This document shows, in pieces, positions 34,921 to 42,339 of a stretch of DNA of 50,416 bases. The stretch comes from a virus (lineage: Duplodnaviria > Caudoviricetes). How positions within the stretch are numbered: position 1 is the first letter of the stretch; each line of letters begins with the position of its first letter. The translations under genes and the position numbers were made by a program. Under the pieces are notes generated by a model, which was given only the letters and a program-made list of their open reading frames with translations, ran no database searches and had not been told where the DNA came from. The stretch spans positions 1 through 50,416 of the IMG/VR virus record IMGVR_UViG_3300033145_001556. One strand, given 5' to 3'.

Positions 34921-37518
34921 CTACTGACCCAGTCTGCGGATTTCTCGGACGCGTTCAACCATGTCGAAGGCTCCCGCGTCCCGAGCGCGCAGGACGGCCT
35001 TGTCCGTGTGGTACAGCGAGAAGGACTCAGCAAAGTACTCCGCGGGGTCCTGCTCCGCGTACGCGCTGACGCGGTGGGCCGCGCTGCCCTCGCGGCGGAT
35101 GTAGGCGCGCTGGATTGCGTGGTCGACCTGCTGCCACTCCTCGGTGCTCCCCGCGTAGTCCACGCCGCCGGCGCCGAGCTTGCGCCCGCGCATGTGCACC
35201 TCGTGACCGATCTCGTGGAAGGTCGACCGCCGGATCGCCTCCAGCTCGGTCTCGGCCGCCTCGGCCACGTTGAACAGCGCCGGACTGTCGGCGGTGAGTG
35301 CGCCGCGCCCGAAGGGGACGTTGCCGGTGCGGATCTTCATCTGCGCGCGGAGAGTCTGGTTGCCGAGCTGGACCTCCGGGTACCAGCAGCCCGAGCAGCC
35401 GTGTGGCATCGAGTTGCTGACTCGGCGGGAGTTGTTGGCCACGCGCTTCGTGAAGAGCAGGCGCTCGAGGGGCGACTCTTCCAGGAAGCGCAGGGCTCCC
35501 GCCTCGTTGAACGTGCTCATCACCGCGTCGTGCTCGCGCTTGCGGCGGAGCTTGCCCTGGATCCTCGCGAAGTGGCGGCCCTGCTCCGGCATCCCGGGGC
35601 GCGGTCGCGGCGGCGTCGGTACCGGTGGCGGCCGCGGCGGTGCAGATCCACCTCCGCCAGGTGGTGCAGCGGGTGGTGGCTGCCCTCCGCCTGCCGGCGC
35701 CGGCGGCGTCGACGGGATGGCGACGTCGCCCCCTCCGATGAGCCCGGTGGTGCCGGAGTCGAAGCCCGGGTCCGGGAGTTCGGTCGGCGCCGGGCCGATG
35801 GTGGCGCCCGTCTTGTCGACCCAGCGCTTCGAGCGCGAGATGACGCGGCAGCGGCAGTTGCTCGAGACAACGCCGTTCGCTACGATCCACCCGAGTGGCG
35901 ATTCGACGTCATACACATGGCCGCGAAACTCGAACTTCCGGACGCTGACCACCTGGTCGAGCGCTACCTGCGAGGGGTATCGCTGAAGCAGCTCGCGAGC
36001 GAGCGCAGCGTCAGCCGGCCGACCCTCGGTCGCATCCTTGAGGAGCACGGCGTCAAACTGCGAGGCCGTCCCGAGGCGGAGCGTCTGAAGTGGCGCGGCA
36101 TCAAGGGAAACAAGGCCGCCGTCGAGCGGCAATGCTCGGCCGCCTGGGCCAAGTCTCGCGGGCGCGACGTCCCCGTCCTCGAGCGACGAAAGCGAGCCCG
36201 CACCCACGCCCGGCGGCAGACTCGGCTCGGACTCTTCGAGGACGAGTTGGCTGGTCACATCGGCCACCGCGGCCTGGTGGTGCTGCAGCAGGCGCCAGTA
36301 GGACCCTACAACGTGGACTTCGCCTTCAAAGCAGCGCGCCTCGCCGTGGAACTCTTCACCTCGATAGCCGGTGAAGCTGCCACTGCCCGCTTCCGCGAGC
36401 GTACGGAATACCTGCTCGACTCGGGTTGGTGCCTGCTGATCGTCAGTCTCCGCACCGGGCCCCAGCGCGCCGACCCGGGTCTCAGCGACGTGGCAGACCA
36501 GGTGTTCGCCCTGCACGAGCGACTGCGCAGTGGTGAAGCCCTGCACGGTCAGTACGGGGTGATTGGCCGTCACGGTCAGCCGACGACCTACTGCAGTCGT
36601 GAGCTCGACGGCCTCCCCCGCATACCAGGCCTTTGACGCCCCGCAGACTTGGCCCGTGATCTCGGTGCCGGGCAGGAAGCAGTTGTAGCCGAAGGGCGGG
36701 TAGGCATCGCGCCAGAAGGGGTGGTCCGCGGGCAGGATGATCCCGTTGGCCGCCCGGTGCGTCTCGCGCTGCCGGTCATCCCGGACGGTCTGGACCTGCC
36801 AGTAGGGTCGAGCCGCGAGCACCGCGGGCTGGGTCATCTCCGCGAAGCGCCCCGACGAGTAGGCACTCCCCACGTTGGTGCGGAAGATGGTCTCGACGTG
36901 GCTCCGGTTGGCAGGCGTCCACCCAGCGCTTTCGAGTCGGGTGCGGACGTGCTTCTTGAACTCGCGGAAGTTGGGGCCCTTGTAGACCCACTTGTCCGTC
37001 GTCGGGTCCTTGTAGGTGCGCTCGCCAGACTGCCGCACCTGGCGGGCGAGTTCGCCGTGCGCCGTCTGCAGTAGCTCCTGCCGTGCCAGGCCCGCCACCG
37101 TGAAGGCCCGGCGCTTCGCGCCTGCCCGCAGGGCGTCGAACTGCTCCTTGGGCAGGATGGTGCGCGACTCGAACAGGCGCACCGCCTCCGCGTAGGGCGT
37201 CGACGCGAACGGACCGCGATCCCGCTTGAAGAGCACCTTGCTCGCAGTGAATGCGGGGAGCGGGATCTCCTCCTCGTGCTCACGCTCCCAGAGGCTGTCG
37301 AGGGCGCCGAGCATGACGCCGTGGAGGAGCTGCTGCTCAGCGAGTTCGGCGAAGCGCTCGAGGGGGAGCTGGTCCTCGATGCGGTTGAGTGCAGCCTTGA
37401 TGGCGGCCTCGCTGTCCTTGCCGTCGACGGCCTTGACGACCTGGTCGACCCACCGCTCGAGCTCGCGCGCTCCCGCGTCGACGCCAGACTCGACCAGGGT
37501 CTCGGGCGAGCCGTTCAC
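34921..37518 (-). CDS. MuF (Mu gp30/SPP1 gp7) minor head protein with intein, Pro-rich linker and C-terminal HExxH metallopeptidase; true start uncertain (frame open upstream to the portal slippery site)
   Basis: AFTVAG, TIFRTN, DDRQRETH, DHPFW...PPFGYN|intein|CRC; C-terminal HEIGH...SAYAEQDPAEYFAESF. Confidence 0.9.
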   Translation of the reverse strand: MNGSPETLVESGVDAGARELERWVDQVVKAVDGKDSEAAIKAALNRIEDQLPLERFAELAEQQLLHGVMLGALDSLWEREHEEEIPLPAFTASKVLFKRDRGPFASTPYAEAVRLFESRTILPKEQFDALRAGAKRRAFTVAGLARQELLQTAHGELARQVRQSGERTYKDPTTDKWVYKGPNFREFKKHVRTRLESAGWTPANRSHVETIFRTNVGSAYSSGRFAEMTQPAVLAARPYWQVQTVRDDRQRETHRAANGIILPADHPFWRDAYPPFGYNCFLPGTEITGQVCGASKAWYAGEAVELTTAVGRRLTVTANHPVLTVQGFTTAQSLVQGEHLVCHVAETRVGALGPGAETDDQQAPTRVEQVFRTLAEAGSGSFTGYRGEEFHGEARCFEGEVHVVGSYWRLLQHHQAAVADVTSQLVLEESEPSLPPGVGAGSLSSLEDGDVAPARLGPGGRALPLDGGLVSLDAAPLQTLRLGTASQFDAVLLKDATEGRPADAALARELLQRYPSQVALDQVVSVRKFEFRGHVYDVESPLGWIVANGVVSSNCRCRVISRSKRWVDKTGATIGPAPTELPDPGFDSGTTGLIGGGDVAIPSTPPAPAGGGQPPPAAPPGGGGSAPPRPPPVPTPPRPRPGMPEQGRHFARIQGKLRRKREHDAVMSTFNEAGALRFLEESPLERLLFTKRVANNSRRVSNSMPHGCSGCWYPEVQLGNQTLRAQMKIRTGNVPFGRGALTADSPALFNVAEAAETELEAIRRSTFHEIGHEVHMRGRKLGAGGVDYAGSTEEWQQVDHAIQRAYIRREGSAAHRVSAYAEQDPAEYFAESFSLYHTDKAVLRARDAGAFDMVERVREIRRLGQ
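35858..35886 (+). promoter_or_regulatory. Candidate sigma70 promoter for the antisense endonuclease gene
   Basis: TTGCTC (35858-63), 17-nt spacer, TACGAT (35881-86); 30 nt upstream of ATG 35917. Confidence 0.45.
35917..36636 (+). CDS. HTH + DUF559/Vsr-like endonuclease encoded antisense within the intein (239 aa)
   Basis: HTH-like LVERYLRGVSLKQLASERSVSRPTLGRILEEHGV; nuclease-like QAPVGPYNVDFAF...RLAVEL...RTEYLLDSGWCLLIV. Confidence 0.75.
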   Translation: MAAKLELPDADHLVERYLRGVSLKQLASERSVSRPTLGRILEEHGVKLRGRPEAERLKWRGIKGNKAAVERQCSAAWAKSRGRDVPVLERRKRARTHARRQTRLGLFEDELAGHIGHRGLVVLQQAPVGPYNVDFAFKAARLAVELFTSIAGEAATARFRERTEYLLDSGWCLLIVSLRTGPQRADPGLSDVADQVFALHERLRSGEALHGQYGVIGRHGQPTTYCSRELDGLPRIPGL

Positions 37519-37580
37519 CGTGTCCGGCTGCGACGCGCAGCAGACGTGGTCGCCGAAGTACTCGTGCGCCCGCAGGGCGG

Positions 37581-39101
37581 TCAGGAATCGTCCGAGCTCG
37601 CCTGCAACAGCCGCAGCTGTCGTACGTTCCGGGACGCGGCTAAAGGGGCGGCATCCCCCTCGGCAGGCGGCGCAGCCGGGTCACCGGTGGGCGAGCCCCC
37701 GCCCTCGGTGTCGTTCGCGGGGTCGCCGGGCATGGTGCCGACCTTCGGTGCCGGCGCGGCTGCGGGCGCCCCGAACCCGCCCGGCGCTGCCTGCGGCGAC
37801 TGCTGCACGACGGCGTCGCCCGGCTCGGGCTTGGAGAAGCCGATGGCCTCGTAGACCTCGTCCTCCTTGAGAGGCACGCCGATGCTCATGGCCTTCTTGG
37901 TGCGCTCCGTCTCGGCGGTACGGTCCGGCGGCAGTTCAAACTCGACCTTGATGGTCGGGCAGTGCGAGAGAGCCTCGGCTCCGAAGTTCACCTCGACGAC
38001 GCTGGCCGCGATGCCCTCGGTGAGGATCGCGCCGATGTTCCAGCCGTCGGCCGCGAGGACCAGCATCTGCTCGTCCTGCATGACCACGGCTTGCTGCCCG
38101 CCCAGGCCGTCAGCCTTGGCGTCAGTGGTCCGGGTGTTCCCGAGCACGAGCTTGCTGTTCTGGTCGTCGCACTCCGCGGCGACGTCCTTGTGGATTTCGC
38201 CGGCGCCGCGCGCCGGCTGGTCCGTCTTGACGTCCACGCCCTTGGGGAGCTGCGCCGAGCTGTTGGCGCCGAGCTTGTCGACGGTGGCACGCGCCTGGTC
38301 GAGCACGTCCTTCTGAATCGTGGCGTCGGGGGCGACGAACACGATGCGCCACGGCTTGCCGAACACCTCGAGCAGAATCATCCGCTCGCGCCAGTCGAAC
38401 CGCTTGAAGTAGCTGAAGTAGAGACAGCGCGGCCCGAAGCCTTCGCGCTCGGGGTACTCGTTGAACAGCTGGGGCGTGAACTCGATGAACTTGTGGGGGT
38501 AGTCGCGCAGGGCGAGGCCGCGCTTCTCGAAGCCGTACCCGCTGAACAGGTCGTCGCGTACGCGGAGCTCGCGCTCGGGTCCGAACGATAGGCGCCGCGG
38601 GTGGATCCAGCCCAGGTCGTCGATGCGCCACTGCACCTTGCCGCCGCGGTTCTCGCGCCAGTGCTTCTCGAGCGCGGCGCGGCCGTGGCAGTGCCCCCAG
38701 TTGAGCTGCAGCATGCGCTGCGGCAGGTGGGGGATCCAGGCCAGCTGCTGGCGCACGACGTCGGCGAGTTGATTGGCGAACTTGGGGTCGATGCCGTCGC
38801 CCTCGGCCGGGACGACCTTCGGGTGCATGGCGGCGAGGGAGCGGAAGCGCTTGCCGACGATGCTGCCGAGGTGCGGGTCGATGTGGATGGTCTCGTAGGT
38901 GAGATCGGTCAGGTCGCGCATGTGACCGAACTCGGCCGCGCGCAGGACTGTCTCGATGGTGGCCGGGGTGAGCGCGCGCCCGAAGTAGCGCCGGCACTGC
39001 TCGGTCTCGGGGATCTCCCCGCCGAACATCACGTCCTCGAGGTCGCGCCTCGACACCCACGTGCTGCCATCGGCTGCCGTTTTCGTGCCTACCTGTGCCA
39101 T
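37581..39101 (-). CDS. Portal protein (Mu gp29/DUF935-like)
   Basis: DPHLGSIVGKR, LEVFGKPW, SKLVLGNT, VYEAIGFSKP; lies between the terminase region and MuF. Confidence 0.92.
   Translation of the reverse strand: MAQVGTKTAADGSTWVSRRDLEDVMFGGEIPETEQCRRYFGRALTPATIETVLRAAEFGHMRDLTDLTYETIHIDPHLGSIVGKRFRSLAAMHPKVVPAEGDGIDPKFANQLADVVRQQLAWIPHLPQRMLQLNWGHCHGRAALEKHWRENRGGKVQWRIDDLGWIHPRRLSFGPERELRVRDDLFSGYGFEKRGLALRDYPHKFIEFTPQLFNEYPEREGFGPRCLYFSYFKRFDWRERMILLEVFGKPWRIVFVAPDATIQKDVLDQARATVDKLGANSSAQLPKGVDVKTDQPARGAGEIHKDVAAECDDQNSKLVLGNTRTTDAKADGLGGQQAVVMQDEQMLVLAADGWNIGAILTEGIAASVVEVNFGAEALSHCPTIKVEFELPPDRTAETERTKKAMSIGVPLKEDEVYEAIGFSKPEPGDAVVQQSPQAAPGGFGAPAAAPAPKVGTMPGDPANDTEGGGSPTGDPAAPPAEGDAAPLAASRNVRQLRLLQASSDDS
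37641..37647 (-). other. Candidate -1 ribosomal slippery site C CCT TTA joining portal to MuF
   Basis: In-frame X XXY YYZ; the -1 frame is the MuF frame and is stop-free; TTA is an unexpected codon in such GC-rich DNA. Confidence 0.7.
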
Positions 39102-39460
39102 GGCAACCACCTCCGCAGCTTGCTCTGACCCTGGTCGAACGCGCTCAGCAGGGTCTCGGCCACCTTCTTGAGTTGCTTGGACTCGCCCTCGCGTCGGGCG
39201 TGCTCGGCCATGATCTGGTCGGCGAGTTGCTCGAAGCGCGTGGCCCAGCGCTCGACCTCGGCCTGCAGGAGCCTGGCGCGTACCGTCGCGACCGGTGAGA
39301 GTCCGGCTTGCTTGAGCTGCGCCTGGGCCTGGGCGCGCCAGTCGCGCGCTTGCTTGCGCAGGTTGTTGGCGCACTGCTCGAGGCCCTGACGGTAGCCGTC
39401 GGCGACGCCGGCGTTGACCATGGCCTGGCTCAGGGGCTGGATGGGGAGGGGTTGGTTCAC
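39089..39460 (-). CDS. Hypothetical helical protein
   Basis: Overlaps both neighbours; coiled-coil-like. Confidence 0.6.
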   Translation of the reverse strand: MNQPLPIQPLSQAMVNAGVADGYRQGLEQCANNLRKQARDWRAQAQAQLKQAGLSPVATVRARLLQAEVERWATRFEQLADQIMAEHARREGESKQLKKVAETLLSAFDQGQSKLRRWLPWHR

Positions 39461-39843
39461 GTCTTGGTTACCTTGGTGTCGGCGACCACGGGGGCGGGCT
39501 TCTCAATGACAACCTCAGCGGCCCAATCGGCCGGCAGCTTCTCGGCACTCTTCGCCGCGACCTTCAGCTCGGACTCATCCGCCGTGCTGAGCCGGTCGAG
39601 CTTCGGCGCGTCCTCGCCCTCCAGCTCCGCCTCGGGGATGACAGGTAGCGCAATGCGCTTGCCCTCGGCATCGCGCTCGATGGCTGACCAGTGTTCCATG
39701 CGACAGGGGACGCCAGGCGGGATCGGCTTGCCATCGGCGCGGACGCCGTCGCGTGGGTAGCCGCGGGCCTTGTCCTGCAGGGCCTGCACGCGTTCGAGCG
39801 CTGTGCGGTTCGCCTTGGTGTCGTCGAGGATGATGCGCTTCAT
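39457..39843 (-). CDS. Hypothetical protein, possibly associated with the head fibre
   Basis: Packed ORF directly after the fibre gene. Confidence 0.6.
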   Translation of the reverse strand: MKRIILDDTKANRTALERVQALQDKARGYPRDGVRADGKPIPPGVPCRMEHWSAIERDAEGKRIALPVIPEAELEGEDAPKLDRLSTADESELKVAAKSAEKLPADWAAEVVIEKPAPVVADTKVTKT

Positions 39844-39851
39844 GGCTCAGG

Positions 39852-41144
39852 TCAGGGGTTGGAGGCAGCAACCATCTGGGAAGCGGCGATCATCTGGGCA
39901 GCGGTGACGGGGCCGGTGCCGATGAGGATCTCGCGGATGGGTCCTTCGAACCAGTTATCGATCGTCGTCCGGCGGCGGGCACCTACCGTCACTTGATCCA
40001 CTGTCATGGTTGGGACGTCGAGTGGAGCTGCAACCATATCAGGCACGCCGTTCCTCCATGAGTCGTACTCAGTACCTTTGAATCGCGCCGCATAGATATG
40101 GCGGACCGTTGGCGTATTCACTGCGCTCGCCGCTTCAAGTGACGTGGTGTCGTTTGCGGTCCTTCTGGCCACGTAGCGCGTTGTTGAGCGAATCCCCACA
40201 ACTGGGGTAGCATCGGCTGAGTTGCCCATTGAGAATAGCCGCTGATGTGGACCAGGGTTTAGCCACTTCTGAGCAGAGAGCCAGAACCAAGGCTTGTCGC
40301 TCCCGCTGAACCGCGCCGCCATCGCGTCGACCTGCATCCAGTGGTTCGTGCCGTCGAACTGCCCCGCGCTCAGCGAGCCGCCCCAGATGGTCGGGTGCTG
40401 CCATGGCTGGTTGAGAGGTGTCGCCTGGTTCGCGTGGAACGGGTCGCTGTAGAGCTTGATGTTCCGCGCGGCCAGGACCGGGTCATTCGGGACGGTGACG
40501 AGGCCGGGGAGTTCGATCATCGCCAGGACATCGAACTCCACCCACTGCCCGGCACCGGTGAAGACGCCCGATGGGCGTAGCCCTGCGTGTGTGGCGGTGA
40601 ACTCTCCAGAGAAGTACTGCCAACTGGTTGACGCCGCGCCGATGGCGATGCTCAGACCGGCGCGGTCGCGCATCGTGGGGGTCGCCGTGCCATCGCTGCG
40701 GTACCTTCCAACGATGAGATATCGCGCCCCCATCACCATACAGGTCTGATAGCAGCCCAGGGTGCCCGCACCGGTTGACGTCAAGCGCAGGCACTGCGTT
40801 CCCTCGTAGGGCAGCGTCGAGTCCTTGGTGACGTTGACGCCAGCCAGCGGCGTGTAGTTGGCGATACCCCCCAATTCCATGTCACCGTCAATGATCTGCT
40901 CCCCAGCCCCGTCCTGGTAGTTCAGGACGCACGCCGGGTCGTAGTACTTGTAATGACCGAGGATCTGGGATCCGAAGATGTCCCACATCGTGGTGGGCGG
41001 ACGAGGTCGCACCCTGCCCATCCCGAGGCCGCGCCCCATGTGCCCGGGCATGCACATGACGTCGTCCGGCGCGTAGACCCGTCCACGGCGCCGCGGCCTT
41101 CGCGGCGTGACGAGTCTTCCGCCGTCGACGCGCTCGAGCTGCAC
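39852..41144 (-). CDS. Putative head-spike fibre with CBM-like and LamG/ConA-like domains (start uncertain)
   Basis: MGRGLGMG motif; IIDGDME...YEGTQCL...WQYFSGEF (CBM4/9-like); QFDGTNHW...VTVGAR...FEGPIREILI. Confidence 0.65.
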   Translation of the reverse strand: MQLERVDGGRLVTPRRPRRRGRVYAPDDVMCMPGHMGRGLGMGRVRPRPPTTMWDIFGSQILGHYKYYDPACVLNYQDGAGEQIIDGDMELGGIANYTPLAGVNVTKDSTLPYEGTQCLRLTSTGAGTLGCYQTCMVMGARYLIVGRYRSDGTATPTMRDRAGLSIAIGAASTSWQYFSGEFTATHAGLRPSGVFTGAGQWVEFDVLAMIELPGLVTVPNDPVLAARNIKLYSDPFHANQATPLNQPWQHPTIWGGSLSAGQFDGTNHWMQVDAMAARFSGSDKPWFWLSAQKWLNPGPHQRLFSMGNSADATPVVGIRSTTRYVARRTANDTTSLEAASAVNTPTVRHIYAARFKGTEYDSWRNGVPDMVAAPLDVPTMTVDQVTVGARRRTTIDNWFEGPIREILIGTGPVTAAQMIAASQMVAASNP

Positions 41145-41148
41145 GGCG

Positions 41149-41466
41149 CTACCTCAGGCCGACGAGCTTCTGCGCCGTGGTCGAGGCGCCGACGCCGACG
41201 ATGATGCCCTCGATGTACATGCCCTTGACGCAGTCCCACACGCGGAAGGCCGAGTCCTCGCGCAGCTTCACGTACACGAGCGGGCCACCCGTGGTGACGT
41301 CGCCGACGTAGATGCCCTTGAGGGGGTTGGTCGAGTAGTCGGCGCCCCCGGTGGGGGAGGCGGCCAGGTCGGCGCTGACGTCGACGGACTCGAGGGCGGT
41401 GGGGTAGGGCCGCGCCACGGGTTGGCCGTCGCGGAGCCAGGCTTTCACGGAATCCCAGGCGCTCAT
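41149..41466 (-). CDS. Head-spike base protein (RcGTA Rcc01079-like)
   Basis: 105 aa; KGIYVG...VKL...GMYIEG...V...TTAQKLVGL matches the pattern I recall for this family. Confidence 0.6.
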   Translation of the reverse strand: MSAWDSVKAWLRDGQPVARPYPTALESVDVSADLAASPTGGADYSTNPLKGIYVGDVTTGGPLVYVKLREDSAFRVWDCVKGMYIEGIIVGVGASTTAQKLVGLR

Positions 41467-41558
41467 GCCACACAGGGTGCCATGTGTTCAGTGGGTGGGT
41501 CCAGAAGTACCCGCCGGGCGTTCAGTGCTCCAGCGGCGCCGGCGAGTGTCCGAACCGC

Positions 41559-41600
41559 GCAGGGCTGTCGCCAGGGTGCAGGGCTGTCGCCAGGGTGCAG
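41559..41600. repeat. Perfect 19-bp tandem repeat x2 (GCAGGGCTGTCGCCAGGGT) plus 4 nt
   Basis: Copies at 41559-41577 and 41578-41596; intergenic. Confidence 0.9.
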
Positions 41601-41660
41601 AAGTGTCACCTCGGCCTGAAGTAGGCCCCACGCGCCACCGTTGCTCGACGCCTGGGCGAG

Positions 41661-41813
41661 TCAGTCTCCCCGCTTCCCCCGCCTTCTCCGCACCCGCCGC
41701 CACAATTTGTCAGCCTTCTGGGTATCAGCCCAGCCCCGGTACCAGTAGCCCAGCCCGAACCCCACGAAGAGCACGGCCACGGTCACGACGCGGATCCAGA
41801 CCGGCTCGATCAT
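41661..41813 (-). CDS. Small single-TM protein with basic tail
   Basis: MIEPVWIRVVTVAVLFVGFGLGYWYRG...RRRRGKRGD; ATGA overlap with the upstream ORF. Confidence 0.55.
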   Translation of the reverse strand: MIEPVWIRVVTVAVLFVGFGLGYWYRGWADTQKADKLWRRVRRRRGKRGD

Positions 41814-41977
41814 GTGTGCCCGCCAACGTACATCCACGCGACGCAGGCGGCCACCACGCCGATGCCGACCACCAGGAGAACGAGGTAGGCCAGCAGCAGC
41901 GGCTTCCCGAGTCGCCGAAGAGCCGACTGCTTGACCACGGCCCACACGGTGGCAGGTGCCGGTTGCTGCTCGGTCAC
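41810..41977 (-). CDS. Small single-TM protein (55 aa; absent from the ORF track)
   Basis: Hand translation MTEQQPAPATVWAVVKQSALRRLGKPLLLAYLVLLVVGIGVVAACVAWMYVGGHT. Confidence 0.5.
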   Translation of the reverse strand: MTEQQPAPATVWAVVKQSALRRLGKPLLLAYLVLLVVGIGVVAACVAWMYVGGHT

Positions 41978-42339
41978 GGGCTCACCAATGCCACGGGGGC
42001 GGGGTCACCCTCATCGCGAGCACCGCTCCAACGAGCAACTCCAGACGCGTCGGCACGGACGGAGGCTAGTGCCGGGCGCGGACGCTGTGAAGGTGCCAGT
42101 CGCCGGAAAGCAGGGGGCCGGGGGAGGCTTCTGCTTCGTCGACGACTGGCGATCCTTGGAACGGTGGATTCGCCAGAAGCTTGAGGGTGCGCCGGCCGGC
42201 AGCGAGGGAGGAACGCGAACTTGAGGGAATCGCGCCCTCGGGGGGAGTATGTATGGCTACCGGCCGGCGCGCGCGGACGCTACCACGCCGCTGCGCGGCG
42301 GGACTGCCGGATCGGTGCCGTGTGGGAACTTGCGCCCAC

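Larger units (their letters stand above)
35857..36681 (-). mobile_element. Intein (275 aa) in MuF
   Basis: Block A CFLPGTEI, block B LTVTANHPVLT, block F HVYDVES, block G ANGVVSSN then Cys+1; removing it restores PPFGYNCRC. Confidence 0.92.

Noticed and set aside
35008-35916. N-terminal 303 codons of the 542-aa + ORF
   Set aside because: Shadow of the MuF toxin domain; recognisable HTH/nuclease features begin only at ATG 35917
39852-41144. Diversity-generating retroelement targeting the lectin genes
   Set aside because: No reverse transcriptase and no TR/VR repeat pair seen in the window
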